Source of the DNA: Heterodontus francisci
Lineage: Eukaryota
Assembly: GCF_036365525.1 (NCBI RefSeq)
Contig: NW_027142314.1
Location: 1 to 60,603, forward strand
Length of the DNA: 60,603 bases
Direction: 5' to 3'
Shown here: positions 1 through 12,200 of the stretch, piece after piece
Numbering within the stretch: position 1 is the stretch's first letter
Layout of the letters: the number at the start of each line of letters is the position of its first letter
Position numbers and translations under genes: made by a program
The notes under the pieces: model-generated
Database searches by the model: none
Told to the model about the DNA's origin: nothing
The model's input: the letters and a program-made list of their open reading frames with translations, nothing else

Positions 1-845
1 TCACCCCGTCCCCAATCCCCCCCCCACTCCACCCCGTCCCAATCCCCCCCACTCCACCCCGTCCCCAATCCCCCCCACTCCACCCCGTCCCCAATCCTCC
101 CCACTCCACCCCCGTCCCCAATCCTCCCCACTCCACCCCGTCCCCAATCCTCCCCACTCCACCCCGTCCCCAATCTTCCCCACTCCACCCCGTCCCCAAT
201 CTTCCCCACTCCACCCCGTCCCCAATCTTCCCCACTCCACCCCGTCCCCAATCTTCCCCACTCCACCCCGTCCCCAATCTTCCCCACTCCACCCCGTCCC
301 CAATCTTCCCCACTCCACCCCGTCCCCAATCTTCCCCACTCCACCCCGTCCCCAATCTTCCCCACTCCACCCCGTCCCCAATCTTCCCCACTCCACCCCG
401 TCCCCAATCCCCCCACTCCACCCGTCCCCAATCCCCCCCACTCCACCCCGTCCCCAATCCCCCCACTCCACCCCGTCCCCAATCTTCCCCACTCCACCCC
501 GTCCCCAATCTTCCCCACTCCACCCCGTCCCCATCCCCCCACTCCACCCCGTCCCCAATCCCCCCCACTCCACCCCGTCCCCAATCCCCCCACTCCACCC
601 CTCCCAATCCCCCCACTCCACCCCGTCCCCAATCCCCCCCACTCCACCCCGTCCCCAATCCCCCCCACTCCACCCCGTCCCCAATCCCCCCCCCTCCACC
701 CCGTCCACAATCCCCCCCCCTCCACCCCGTCCCCAATCTTCCCCACTCCACCCCGTCCCCAATCTTCCCCACTCCACCCCGTACCCAATCCCCCCCACTC
801 CACCCCGTCCACAATCCCCCCACTCCACCCCGTCCCAATCCCCCC
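1..845. repeat. ~24-bp minisatellite (CCCCACTCCACCCCGTCCCCAATC/T), ~35 copies, truncated by the window edge
   Basis: Directly visible tandem periodicity; G-rich on the minus strand. Confidence 0.95.
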
Positions 846-2560
846 CTTTTATTTCCCTCAAGCGCCCGTCCAATTTCCTTTTGAAATCTTTCGTCTCCAC
901 TTCCCTCGTAAAAAGAGATCTGCACAATCCCCTCCCCTGCATCTCTTGCCCAAAACCTTCGATCTGTGTCCCCAATCCTTGTACCATCAGTTAATGGGAA
1001 CAACTTTCCCTTGTCTACCTGATCTAAACCTGTCATAATCTTGTACACCTCTTTCAAATTTCCCCCTCAATCTCCTTTACTCCAGGGAGAACAACCCCAG
1101 CTTCTCCAACCTAACCTTGTAACTAAAATCCCCAGCAACCCCGGAACCATTCTGGTAAAATCTCCTCTGCACCCTCTCGATGACCCTCACATCCTTCCTG
1201 AAGTGTGGTGACCAGAACTGGATACAATACTGCAGTTGGTGCCTAACCAGAGCTTCAAAGAAGGTTCAGCATAACCTCCCTGCTTTTGTACCCAATGCCT
1301 CTATTTCTGGATCCCACATGCTTTACTAACCACACTCCCAGTATGTCCTGCCACCTTCACAGATCGTGCACATGAACCCCCCAGGTCCCTCTGTCCCTGC
1401 ACACTCTTTCGAACTGTGCCATTAAGTCTATGTCGCCTCTCCTATCCCTTCTGCCAAAATGCATCACCTCACACTCCTCTGTATTAAACTCCATCTGCCA
1501 CCTCTCTGCCCATTCTGCCAGCCCGTCTACGTCCTGTTGCAGGTGGTTCATATCATCCTCGCTGTTTGTCGAACCTCCAAGTTTGGTATCATTGGCAAAT
1601 GTTGAAATATTACTGTTTTCCAAGATCCAAGTCATTTTTATATATATAGCAAAAAAGCAGTGGTCCCAGCAGTGACCGTCGGGGAAACGCCACTGTCTAC
1701 CATCCTCCAGTCTGAAAAACAATCATTTACTATGACTCGCTGTTTTCTGTCCTTAAGCCAATTTTTTAATCCAATTGGACACTGACCCGCCTATTCCATG
1801 AGACTCAATTTTGTGAACTTGCCTTTTATGTGGTACTTTAACAAATACTTTATTCAAATCCACATAGACAGCATCCACCACATTCCCTTCATCGACCTTC
1901 TCTGTTACTTCATCCAAAAAAATTAATTTCGATCAGTCAAGTGTGATCTGCCTTTTACAAATCCACACTGGTTGTCCTTAATTAACTCAAACCTCTCCAA
2001 ATACCTGCTGATTTTTTTTGCCCCCGATTATTGTTTCTAAAACCTTACCCACCACTGATGTTAAACTAACCGGCCTGTCGTTGCTAGGATTGTCCTCGCA
2101 CCCTTTCTTGAAGAACATTTGCCACTCTCCAGTCCTCTAGCGCCTCCCCCGTATCCAGGGAAGATTGGAAGATTATGGCAAGCCCTTCCGCTATCTCCAG
2201 CCCCACTTCCTTTTGCAACCTGGGATGCAAGCCATCCGGACCAGGTGACTTATCTACCCTAAGCATAGTCAGACTTTCCAGGACCTCCCACTCTCAATTT
2301 TTACCCGATCCCATTGCCTCTACTTTCTCCACTTCTACTGATATTTTGTCAGCACCCTCTTTAGTAAACAACTTTACAAAGGACTCATTAAGTATTGTAG
2401 CCTTGCCCTGTGCCTCTAAGCAGATATCACCCACTTTGTCCCGAAGAGGCCCCACTCCATCTCTTACTGCCCACTTACTATTTACATGCTGGTAGAAGGT
2501 TTTTGGCTTTCCTTTTATGTTCCAACTCTTCATTTCATGCCTGGTTTGCGCTGAGGTAAC
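846..2560 (-). mobile_element. Degraded CR1-clade LINE fragment (RT/ORF2 3' part) in the last AAAS intron
   Basis: Frameshifted peptides VDKSPGPDGLHPR, EDWRVANV, FANDTKLGG and WQMEFN..CEVMHFGR match the intact CR1 RT at 35529-37052. Confidence 0.85.
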
Positions 2561-2812
2561 CACCTCTACCAAGATACCGGTACCGAGGTAATTGGCCTCG
2601 ATGGTGGGTGGGGGGTGTCACGGCCACAGGTGACCCCCAGGTTAGTGGAGGTCGTGCCCACCTTGGCTCCGTGAACTGTGACACACGCTGTTAACTCCTG
2701 GACAGGTTTACTGTGCGGCAATTGTGCGTTTATTGTGGGTGCCCCACACCAGGGCTGACGAGCTGCGTCCCTCTCCTCATCTCTGCTCTCTCTCTCTCTC
2801 CTTCCTTCACAG

Positions 2813-2950
2813 GGTTGGTCCACGGGCAGGATCTCCAACATCCCGTTCTACTTCGTGAGTGACCAGTCCTTCCGGCCCAGCACAGGCTGCAGCCCGGGCC
2901 TAGCCTGCTCCAGCAGCTGTACCTCCCGCGACCTGTTCTCCGAGCTGTGA
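2813..2950 (+). CDS. AAAS: AAAS (ALADIN nucleoporin), terminal coding exon; upstream exons lie left of the window
   Basis: Polypyrimidine tract + CAG acceptor (2810-2812), then GWSTGRISNIPFYFVSDQSFRPSTGCSPGLACSSSCTSRDLFSEL-TGA. This resembles the human ALADIN C-terminal exon as I recall it (GWSTGRIAHIPLYFV...DLPLFTE). It lies convergent to MYG1 as in human. Confidence 0.88.
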   Translation, partial: GWSTGRISNIPFYFVSDQSFRPSTGCSPGLACSSSCTSRDLFSEL

Positions 2951-3006
2951 CCCTCCCGCTCCCTTCACCTCCCAGAGATGTTGGTCTATCTGATTCAAAT
3001 CCAAAA

Positions 3007-3012
3007 AATAAA
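3007..3012 (+). terminator. Candidate AAAS polyadenylation signal AATAAA
   Basis: AATAAA ~57 nt after the AAAS stop codon. Confidence 0.6.
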
Positions 3013-3189
3013 ACCATCTACTATCAAATGGAGAATAATCGGTGGCCTTTAATGTCAGGATGGTGGGGGTGGGGGTGCCTGCTCTGGATGGAGCGTCAGA
3101 ACCCTGCGCTCTATCTCTAGAGAGCAGGTGGACCCAGTCGAGGTTATTACACAGACAACCTGCACCATAAACAGTTTAGTGAAAGAGAC

Positions 3190-3195
3190 TTTATT
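3190..3195 (-). terminator. Candidate MYG1 polyadenylation signal AATAAA
   Basis: TTTATT on + strand, ~60 nt downstream of the MYG1 stop (3255). Confidence 0.6.
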
Positions 3196-3254
3196 TCTAC
3201 CCGGGTTCCGCTGACAGCAGCAGCTCGCGCTTTCCGCCGGTCGGCCGGTACCGG

Positions 3255-6200
3255 TCAGCTCGTCTCGGGCGCGCGTGTCCCGTTGACCTTGGCTGCCCGG
3301 TGGAGGGTCACTCGTGCCATTTCCAGCGCCCCCTCCTTTGTCGTGTTTCCGCCGATGAATCCGCTGGCGTGGACAAAGACGCAGCCCGCGATCCCACTGA
3401 CAGCAGAGAGTTCCTCGTCTCTCAACCCTTGCCATTCCTCCAACAATGACAGCCTGAAAGAGACACGACCACAGAGTGAGTTACAGACTGGAATCTAATC
3501 GAGTGGTTCGGGGTGGTTTATATATAGAATAACAGATACCCGGAAGTGAGTTACAGACTGGAATCTAATCGAGGGGTTCGGGGTGGATTATATATAGAAT
3601 AACAGATACCTGGGAGTGAGTTACAGACTGGAATCTAATCGAGGGGTTCGGGGGACTTATATATAGAATAACAGATACCTGGGAGTGAGTTACAGACTGG
3701 AATCTAATCGAGGGGTTCAGGGGGATTTATATATAGAATAACAGATACCCGGGAGTGAGTTACAGACTGGAATCTAATCGAGGGGTTCAGTGGGGTTTAT
3801 ATATGGAATAACAGATACCCGGGAGTGAGTTACAGACTGGAATCTAATCGAGGGGCTCAGGGGGATTTATATATAGAATAACAGATACCCGGGAGTGAGT
3901 TACAGACTGGAATCTAATCGAGGGGTTCGGGGGACTTATATATAGAATAACAGATACCTGGGAGTGAGTTACAGACTGGAATCTAATCGAGGGGTTCAGG
4001 GGGATTTATATATAGAATAACAGATACCCGGGAGTGAGTTACAGACTGGAATCTAATCGAGGGGTTCGGGGGACTTATATATAGAATAACAGATACCTGG
4101 GAGTGAGTTACAGACTGGAATCTAATCGAGGGGTTCAGGGGGATTTATATATAGAATAACAGATACCCGGGAGTGAGTTACAGACTGGAATCTAATCGAG
4201 GGGTTCAGTGGGGTTTATATATGGAATAACAGATACCCGGGAGTGAGTTACAGACTGGAATCTAATCGAGGGGTTCAGGGGGATTTATATATAGAATAAC
4301 AGATACCCGGGAGTGAGTTACAGACTGGAATCTAATCGAGAGGTTCGGGGGATTTATATATAGAATAACAGATACCCGGGAGTGAGTTACAGACTGGAAT
4401 CTAATCGAGGGGTTCAGGGGGTTTATATATGGAATAACAGATACCCGGGAGTGAGTTACAGACTGGAATCTAATCGAGGGGCTCAGTGGGGTTTATATAT
4501 AGAATAACAGATACCCGGGAGTGAGTTACAGACTGGAATCTAATCGAGGGGTTCAGGGCGATTTATATATAGAATAACAGATACCCGGGAGTGAGTTACA
4601 GACTGGAATCTAATCGAGGGGTTCAGTGGGGTTTATATATAGAATAACAGATACCGGGGAGTGAGTTACAGACTGGAATCTAATCGAGAGGTTCGGGGGA
4701 TTTATATATAGAATAACAGATACCGGGGAGTGAGTTACAGACTGGAATCTAATCGAGGGGTTCAGTGGGGTTTATATATAGAATAACAGATACCCGGGAG
4801 TGAGTTACAGACTGGAATCTAATCGAGGGGTTCAGTGGGGTTTATATATAGAATAACAGATACCGGGGAGTGAGTTACAGACTGGAATCTAATCGAGGGG
4901 TTCAGTGGGGTTTATATATAGAATAACAGATACCGGGGAGTGAGTTACAGACTGGAATCTAATCGAGGGGTTCAGTGGGGTTTATATATGGAATAACAGA
5001 TACCCGGGAGTGAGTTACAGACTGAAATCTAATCGAGGGGCTCAGTGGGGTTTATATATGGAATAACAGATACCGGGGAGTGAGTTACAGACTGGAATCT
5101 AATCGAGGGGTTCAGGGGGATTTATATATAGAATAACAGATACCCGGGAGTGAGTTACAGACTGGAATCTAATCGAGGGGTTCAGTGGGGTTTATATATA
5201 GAATAACAGATACCCAGGAGTGAGTTACAGACTGGAATCTAATCGAGGGGTTCGGTGGGGGTTTATATATAGAATAACAGATACCCGGGAATGAGTTACA
5301 GACTGGAATCTAATCGAGGGGTTCAGTGGGGTTTATATATAGAATAACAGATACCCGGGAGTGAGTTACAGACTGGAATCTAATCGAGGGGTTCGGAGAG
5401 TTTATATATAGAATAACAGATACCGGGGAGTGAGTTACAGACTGGAATCTAATCGAGGGGTTCGGGGGTTTATATATAGAATAACAGATACCCGGGAGTG
5501 AGTTACAGACTGGAATCTAATCGAGGGGTTCGGGGGGTTTATATATAGAATAACAGATACCGGGGAGTGAGTTACAGACTGGAATCTAATCGAGGGGTTC
5601 GGGGGGGTTTATATATAGAATAACAGATACCGGGGAGTGAGTTACAGACTGGAATCTAATCGAGGGGTTTGGGGGGTTTATATATAGAATAACAGATACC
5701 CGGGAGTGAGTTACAGACTGGAATCTAATCGAGGGGTTCGGAGAGTTTATATATAGAATAACAGATACCGGGGAGTGAGTTACAGACTGGAATCTAATCG
5801 AGGGGTTCGGGGGGTTTATATATAGAATAACAGATACCCGGGAGTGAGTTACAGACTGGAATCTAATCGAGGGGTTCGGGGGGTTTATATATAGAATAAC
5901 AGATACCGGGGAGTGAGTTACAGACTGGAATCTAATCGAGGGGTTCGGGGGGGTTTATATATAGAATAACAGATACCGGGGAGTGAGTTACAGACTGGAA
6001 TCTAATCGAGGGGTTTGGGGGGTTTATATATAGAATAACAGATACCCGGGAGTGAGTTACAGACTGGAATCTAATCGAGGGGTTCAGTGGGGTTTATATA
6101 TAGAATAACAGATACCCGGGAGTGAGTTACAGACTGGAATCTAATCGAGGGGTTCGGGGGGGTTTATATATAGAATAACAGATACCGGGGAGTGAGTTAC

Positions 6201-9200
6201 AGACTGGAATCTAATCGAGGGGTTCGGGGGGTTTATATATAGAATAACAGATACCCGGGAGTGAGTTACAGACTGGAATCTAATCGAGGGGTTCAGGGGG
6301 TTTATATATAGAATAACAGATACCCGGGAGTGAGTTACAGACTGGAATCTAATCGAGGGGTTCAGGGGGTTTATATATGGAATAACAGATACCCGGGAGT
6401 GAGTTACAGTCTGGAATCTAATCGAGGGGTTCAGGGGGTTTATATATAGAATAACAGATACCCGGGAGTGAGTTACAGACTGGAATCTAATCGAGGGGTT
6501 CGGGGGGGTTTATATATAGAATAACAGATACCCGGGAGTGAGTTACAGACTGGAATCTAATCGAGGGGTTCGGGGGGGTTTATATATAGAATAACAGATA
6601 CCCAGGAGTGAGTTACAGACTGGAATCTAATCGAGGGGTTCGGGTGGGTTTATATATAGAATAACAGATACCCGGGAGTGAGTTACAGACTGGAATCTAA
6701 TCGGGGGGTTCAGTGGGGTTTATATATAGAATAACAGATACCCGGGAGTGAGTTACAGACTGGAATCTAATTGAGGGGTTCGGGTGGTTTATATATAGAA
6801 TAACAGATACCCGGGAGTGAGTTACAGACTGGAATCTAATCGAGGGGTTCAGTGGGGTTTATATATACAATAACAGACATCCAGGCAGGTTAAGTGCCGC
6901 TCCTGACCAGTGTTCCATCACCCTCAGAAATGCTCACCGGTTCTGGAAGGTTCCAAGTCCCTGTGGCACACACTGAACCCGCCACTGACCTCGCTGGTCC
7001 GTGTACAACACAAACTTGATGGGTGTCTCGACCTGGAACTGCTTCTCCAGCTCAAAGAGATGCTCCTTCCATGGGCAACCACCCTTCACCAGTACCACAA
7101 TCTCTCCACTCGCATCCTCCTGAAAGAGAGAGAGAGAGAGAGAGAGGGTAACATTGGGACCGGGACTCACACGGGGACCCGGATTGATATTGGGATTCAC
7201 ACTGGGGACGATTGGAGTAACCGATTGGGCGGCACGATGGTTAGCACTGCAGCCTCACAGCTCCAGGGACCCGGGTTCGATTCCGGGTACTGCCTGTGTG
7301 GAGTTTGCAAGTTCCCCCTGTGTCTGTGTGGGTTTCCTCCGGGTGCTCCGGTTTCCTCCCACATGCCAAAGACTTGCAGGTTGATAGGTAAATTGGCCAT
7401 TGTAAATTGCCCCTAGTGTAGTCGGTGGTAGGAGAATGGTGGGGATGTGGTAGGGAATATGGGATTAATGTAGGATTAGTATAAATGGGTGGTTGTTGGT
7501 CGGCACAGACTCGGTGGGCCGAAGGGCCTGTTTCAGTGCTGTATCTCTCTAAGACTCTGGGACCAGGAGTAACCCTGGATCACTGGGACTAGAGAGTGGG
7601 ATTGAAACGGGACTGGAAATAGGTTAGGACAGGAAATGCACTCACTGGCTCCCTGTACTCGCTCAGCAACCTTCGTGCTCTCCACTTACCTTAAACCGGC
7701 CCCGAATTGCATCCTCAATCAGGGTCCGAGCAGGAAGCCAGGACTTGTGGTAATATTCCAGCCTATCCAGGAACTCCGAGCCCACCAGCCTCATGGCCTT
7801 GGTAAATCTGTCCTGGAAGAGATGAGATCCGGGGGAGGGTTGGTGAGACAAGCTGACTGCAGAGAAAGGAGCAGTAATAAATTCAGAGGCTGAGTCCCGG
7901 AGTTAGGAAACCCAGGATATTGAATATTTATTCAAACAGCCTTCTTAACTTGTCCTGATTTGTGTACATACCCACCCCAGGTCTCTTTGTTCCTGGCACC
8001 CCCTTTAAAATTGTACCATTTAGTTTATATCGCCTCTCCTCATTCTTCCTACCAAAATGAATCACTTCACGCGTCTCTGTGTTGAACTCCATCCGCCACC
8101 TGACAGCCCAGTTCACCGGTCTGTCCGTCTCCTCCCAAGTTCTGTCCATGTCCTCCTCGTCTGCAAAACTTTGAAATTGTGCCCCGTCTCCCCCAAGTCC
8201 GGGTCGTTAATAGATATCGGAAAGAGCTGTGGTCCAACCACCCACTCCTGGGGAACACCACTGTCCGGTATGAAAAACAACCGTTCACTGCTACTCTGTG
8301 TCCCGTCCCCCGAGCCCATTTCCTATCCCCGCTGCCCCTGTCCCCTGAATCGCATGGATTTAATTTCACTGTCAACGCTATTGAGTCGCAGTTTGAAAGT
8401 CCACGTACACAGCATCCACCGCAATACCCTCATCAACCCTCTCCAATACTTCAAAGAACATGATCAATAACGCTTTGACAGCAATCCAGAAAGTTGTTCA
8501 TCAGCTGCTGAAGCACTCAGAACATCCCGAGGTCGTGGAAAGGGCTGTAAAAATGAGGCGGTGGGGGGGTTTCTCTCTTTATCTCCCTCCCCCACCCCCT
8601 CACTCCACTTCCCCGCCCCCGCTCACCTCCGTGTCCTGATCCTCTGCGTTCCATGCAGGGTTGAGATTTGCGACGCGGGAGCTCAGGTGAGTGGTCATGG
8701 TGTAGCGAGACTCTCCCTCGTACTGAGAGATTCCGTTATCGATTGCATCGATTTCCTCCACAAAGTTTTCATAAAGCTGCAAGAGAGGCACAGAAGGGGG
8801 TAGAGAGAGAGAGAAAGGCAGAGAGACAAAAGGGGGAGAGAGAGAGGGAGACAGATAGAAAGGGAGAGACAAAGGTGCGGGGGGGGGAAGAGGGGCACGG
8901 AGTGGGATAGAGACAGAAAGGGAGGGAGAGTGAAAGAGAGCGAGAGAGTGAGAAACAGAAAGGGAGAGACAAAAGGAGAGATAGAGGGAGAGGCAGAGAG
9001 TGAGATAGAGAGGGAGACAGAAACAGAGAGGGAGAGAGCGAGACGGAGAGAGAAGGGCAGAGAGAGACAGAAGGGCGGGGGGGGAGAGAGAGAAGGGCAG
9101 GGGGGGGAGAGAGACAGGTTAAAAAGGGTCGACCCCGTGTTTCACTGTATCAGCCCCACCCTCACTGCGATCACCATCTCACCCAGACATGACTGTCTGT

Positions 9201-12200
9201 CCTTTACCCCCTCCAGCGCAAAGCCTCCGACCCCCCGACAGCAGCCCGCGTGGCGATGACGCGTAGGATTACCACCCCCCACCCCCCACCCCCCACAACC
9301 CCGAGAGCGAGTGAGCGGGCGGGAACCGGGGGTAGACCGGACAGGCCTGGCTGTTCCCCCGAGCTTTTTCACACCCACCTTGTCGTGCAGGACATCCAGG
9401 CGCGGGTCGGTCCCGTCCATCTTCAGGACCCGGGCCAGGATCTTCCTCCCGAAGTGAAGGTAGACCAGGCCAGCGCTGCTCAGCTTTGTGACCCAGCGAC
9501 ACCCTGGCCTCAAGCTGGACATACTCTCCGAGAAAGACCTGCAGCCCAAATAAATACAGACATTGAGGCTCGGAGGAATAGGGTTCCACCATTCAGTTAG
9601 GTCATGGCTGATCTGTATCTTAACCTCATCTCGCTGCAACCAGCAGAAACTAATCTTGTGCTTGACAGCTCCCTTTGAGCCCCCAGCTCTTTTTTTGGGG
9701 TGGGTTTTCCAGATTCCGACTGCCCTAGGTGTGAGGAATTGTTGTCTGTTTAGCCGATACACATGGAGCCCGCCAGCTCTCTCCCTGCGTGCGGATTCTG
9801 TGCTCAAGGCTGGCATCTCAAAAGCTCACAATGGGCAGATACTGCTTACCGCTGGTGATGGTCGTATCGGTGTCTCCCAGGGTCGTAAACCCCTCCCACG
9901 TCGACCACCACATCGCATCCCCCCAGCAGTTTGGGATCCCGTGTGCGTACGATCTCCGCCTCCTGGGAACAAGACAGAGAGTAATCTTAACCCTGATCCT
10001 CACCCGGAATAAACAGTGACTCTGTACAGTTACACAGTGAGTGATCCTCACCCTGAATAAACAGTGACTCTGTACAGTTACACAGTGAGTGATCCTCACC
10101 CTGAATAAACAGTGACTCTGTACAGTTACACAGTGAGTGATCCTCACCCTGAATAAACAGTGACTCTGTACAGTTACACAGTGAGTGATCCTCACCCTGA
10201 ATAAACAGTGACTCTGTACAGTTACACAGTGAGTGATCCTCACCCTGAATAAACAGTGACTCTGTACAGTTACAGTGAGTGACCCTCACCCTGAATAAAC
10301 AGTGACTCTGTACAGTTACACAGTGAGTGACCTTCACCCTGAATAAACAGTGACTCTGTACAGTTACACAGTGAGTGATCCTCACCCTGAATAAACAGTG
10401 ACTCTGTACAGTTACACAGTGAGTGATCCTCACCCTGAATAAACAGTGACTCTGTACAGTTACACAGTGAGTGATCCTCACCCTGAATAAACAGTGACTC
10501 TGTACAGTTACACAGTGAGTGATCCTCACCCTGAATAAACAGTGACTCTGTACAGTTACACAGTGAGTGATCCTCACCCTGAATAAACAGTGACTCTGTA
10601 CAGTTACACAGTGAGTGATCCTCACCCTGAATAAACAGTGACTCTGTACAGTTACACAGTGAGTGATCCTCACCCTGAATAAACAGTGACTCTGTACAGT
10701 TACAGTGAGTGACCCTCACCCTGAATAAACAGTGACTCTGTACAGTTACAGTGAGTGACCCTCACCCTGAATAAACAGTGACTCTGTACAGTTACACAGT
10801 GAGTGATCCTCACCCTGAATAAACAGTGACTCTGTACAGTTACACAGTGAGTGATCCTCACCCTGAATAAACAGTGATTCTGTACAGTTACACAGTGAGT
10901 GATCCTCACCCTGAATAAACAGTGACTCTGTACAGTTACACAGCGAGTGACCCTCACCCTGAATAAACAGTGACTCTGTACAGTTACACAGTGAGTGATC
11001 CTCACCCTGAATAAACAGTGACTCTGTACAGTTACACAGTGAGTGATCCTCACCCTGAATAAACAGTGACTCTGTACAGTTACAGTGAGTGACCCTCACC
11101 CTGAATAAACAGTGACTCTGTACAGTTACACAGTGAGTGATCCTCACCCTGAATAAACAGTGACTCTGTACAGTTACAGTGAGTGACCCTCACCCTGAAT
11201 AAACAGTGACTCTGTACAGTTACAGTGAGTGACCCTCACCCTGAATAAACAGTGACTCTGTACAGTTACACAGTGAGTGATCCTCACCCTGAATAAACAG
11301 TGACTCTGTACAGTTACACAGTGAGTGATCCTCACCCTGAATAAACAGTGATTCTGTACAGTTACACAGTGAGTGATCCTCACCCTGAATAAACAGTGAC
11401 TCTGTACAGTTACACAGCGAGTGACCCTCACCCTGAATAAACAGTGACTCTGTACAGTTACACAGTGAGTGACCCTCACCCTGAATAAACAGTGACTCTG
11501 TACAGTTTCAAAGTGAGTGATCCTCACCCTGAATAAACACTGACTCTGTACAGTTACACAGTGAGTGATCCTCACCCTGAATAAACAGTGACTCTGTACA
11601 GTTACACAGTGAGTGATCCTCACCCTGAATAAACAGTGACTCTGTACAGTTACACAGTGAGTGATCCTCACCCTGAATAAACAGTGACTCTGTACAGTTA
11701 CACAGTGAGTGATCCTCACCCTGAATAAACAGTGACTCTGTACAGTTACACAGTGAGTGATCCTCACCCTGAATAAACAGTGACTCTGTACAGTTACACA
11801 GTGAGTGATCCTCACCCTGAATAAACAGTGACTCTGTACAGTTACACAGTGAGTGACCCTCACCCTGAATAAACAGTGACTCTGTACAGTTACACAGCGA
11901 GTGACCCTCACCCTGAATAAACAGTGACTCTGTACAGTTACACAGCGAGTGACCCTCACCCTGAATAAACAGTGACTCTGTACAGTTTCAAAGTGAGTGA
12001 TCCTCACCCTGAATAAACAGTGACTCTGCACAGTTACACAGCGAGTGATCCTCACCCTGAATAAACAGTGACTCTGTACAGTTACACAGTTAGTGACCCT
12101 CACCCTGAATAAACAGTGACTCTGCACAGTTACACAGTGAGTGATCCTCACCCTGAATAAACAGTGACTCTGTACAGTTACACAGCGAGTGACCCTCACC

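Noticed and set aside
3474-6880. CRISPR-like regularly spaced repeats (also other arrays)
   Set aside because: Units are contiguous with no unique spacers, there are no cas genes, and the context is a vertebrate intron.
7227-7300. Possible tRNA gene
   Set aside because: The A/B-box-like head continues into V-SINE body and LINE-derived tail; it is a SINE head.
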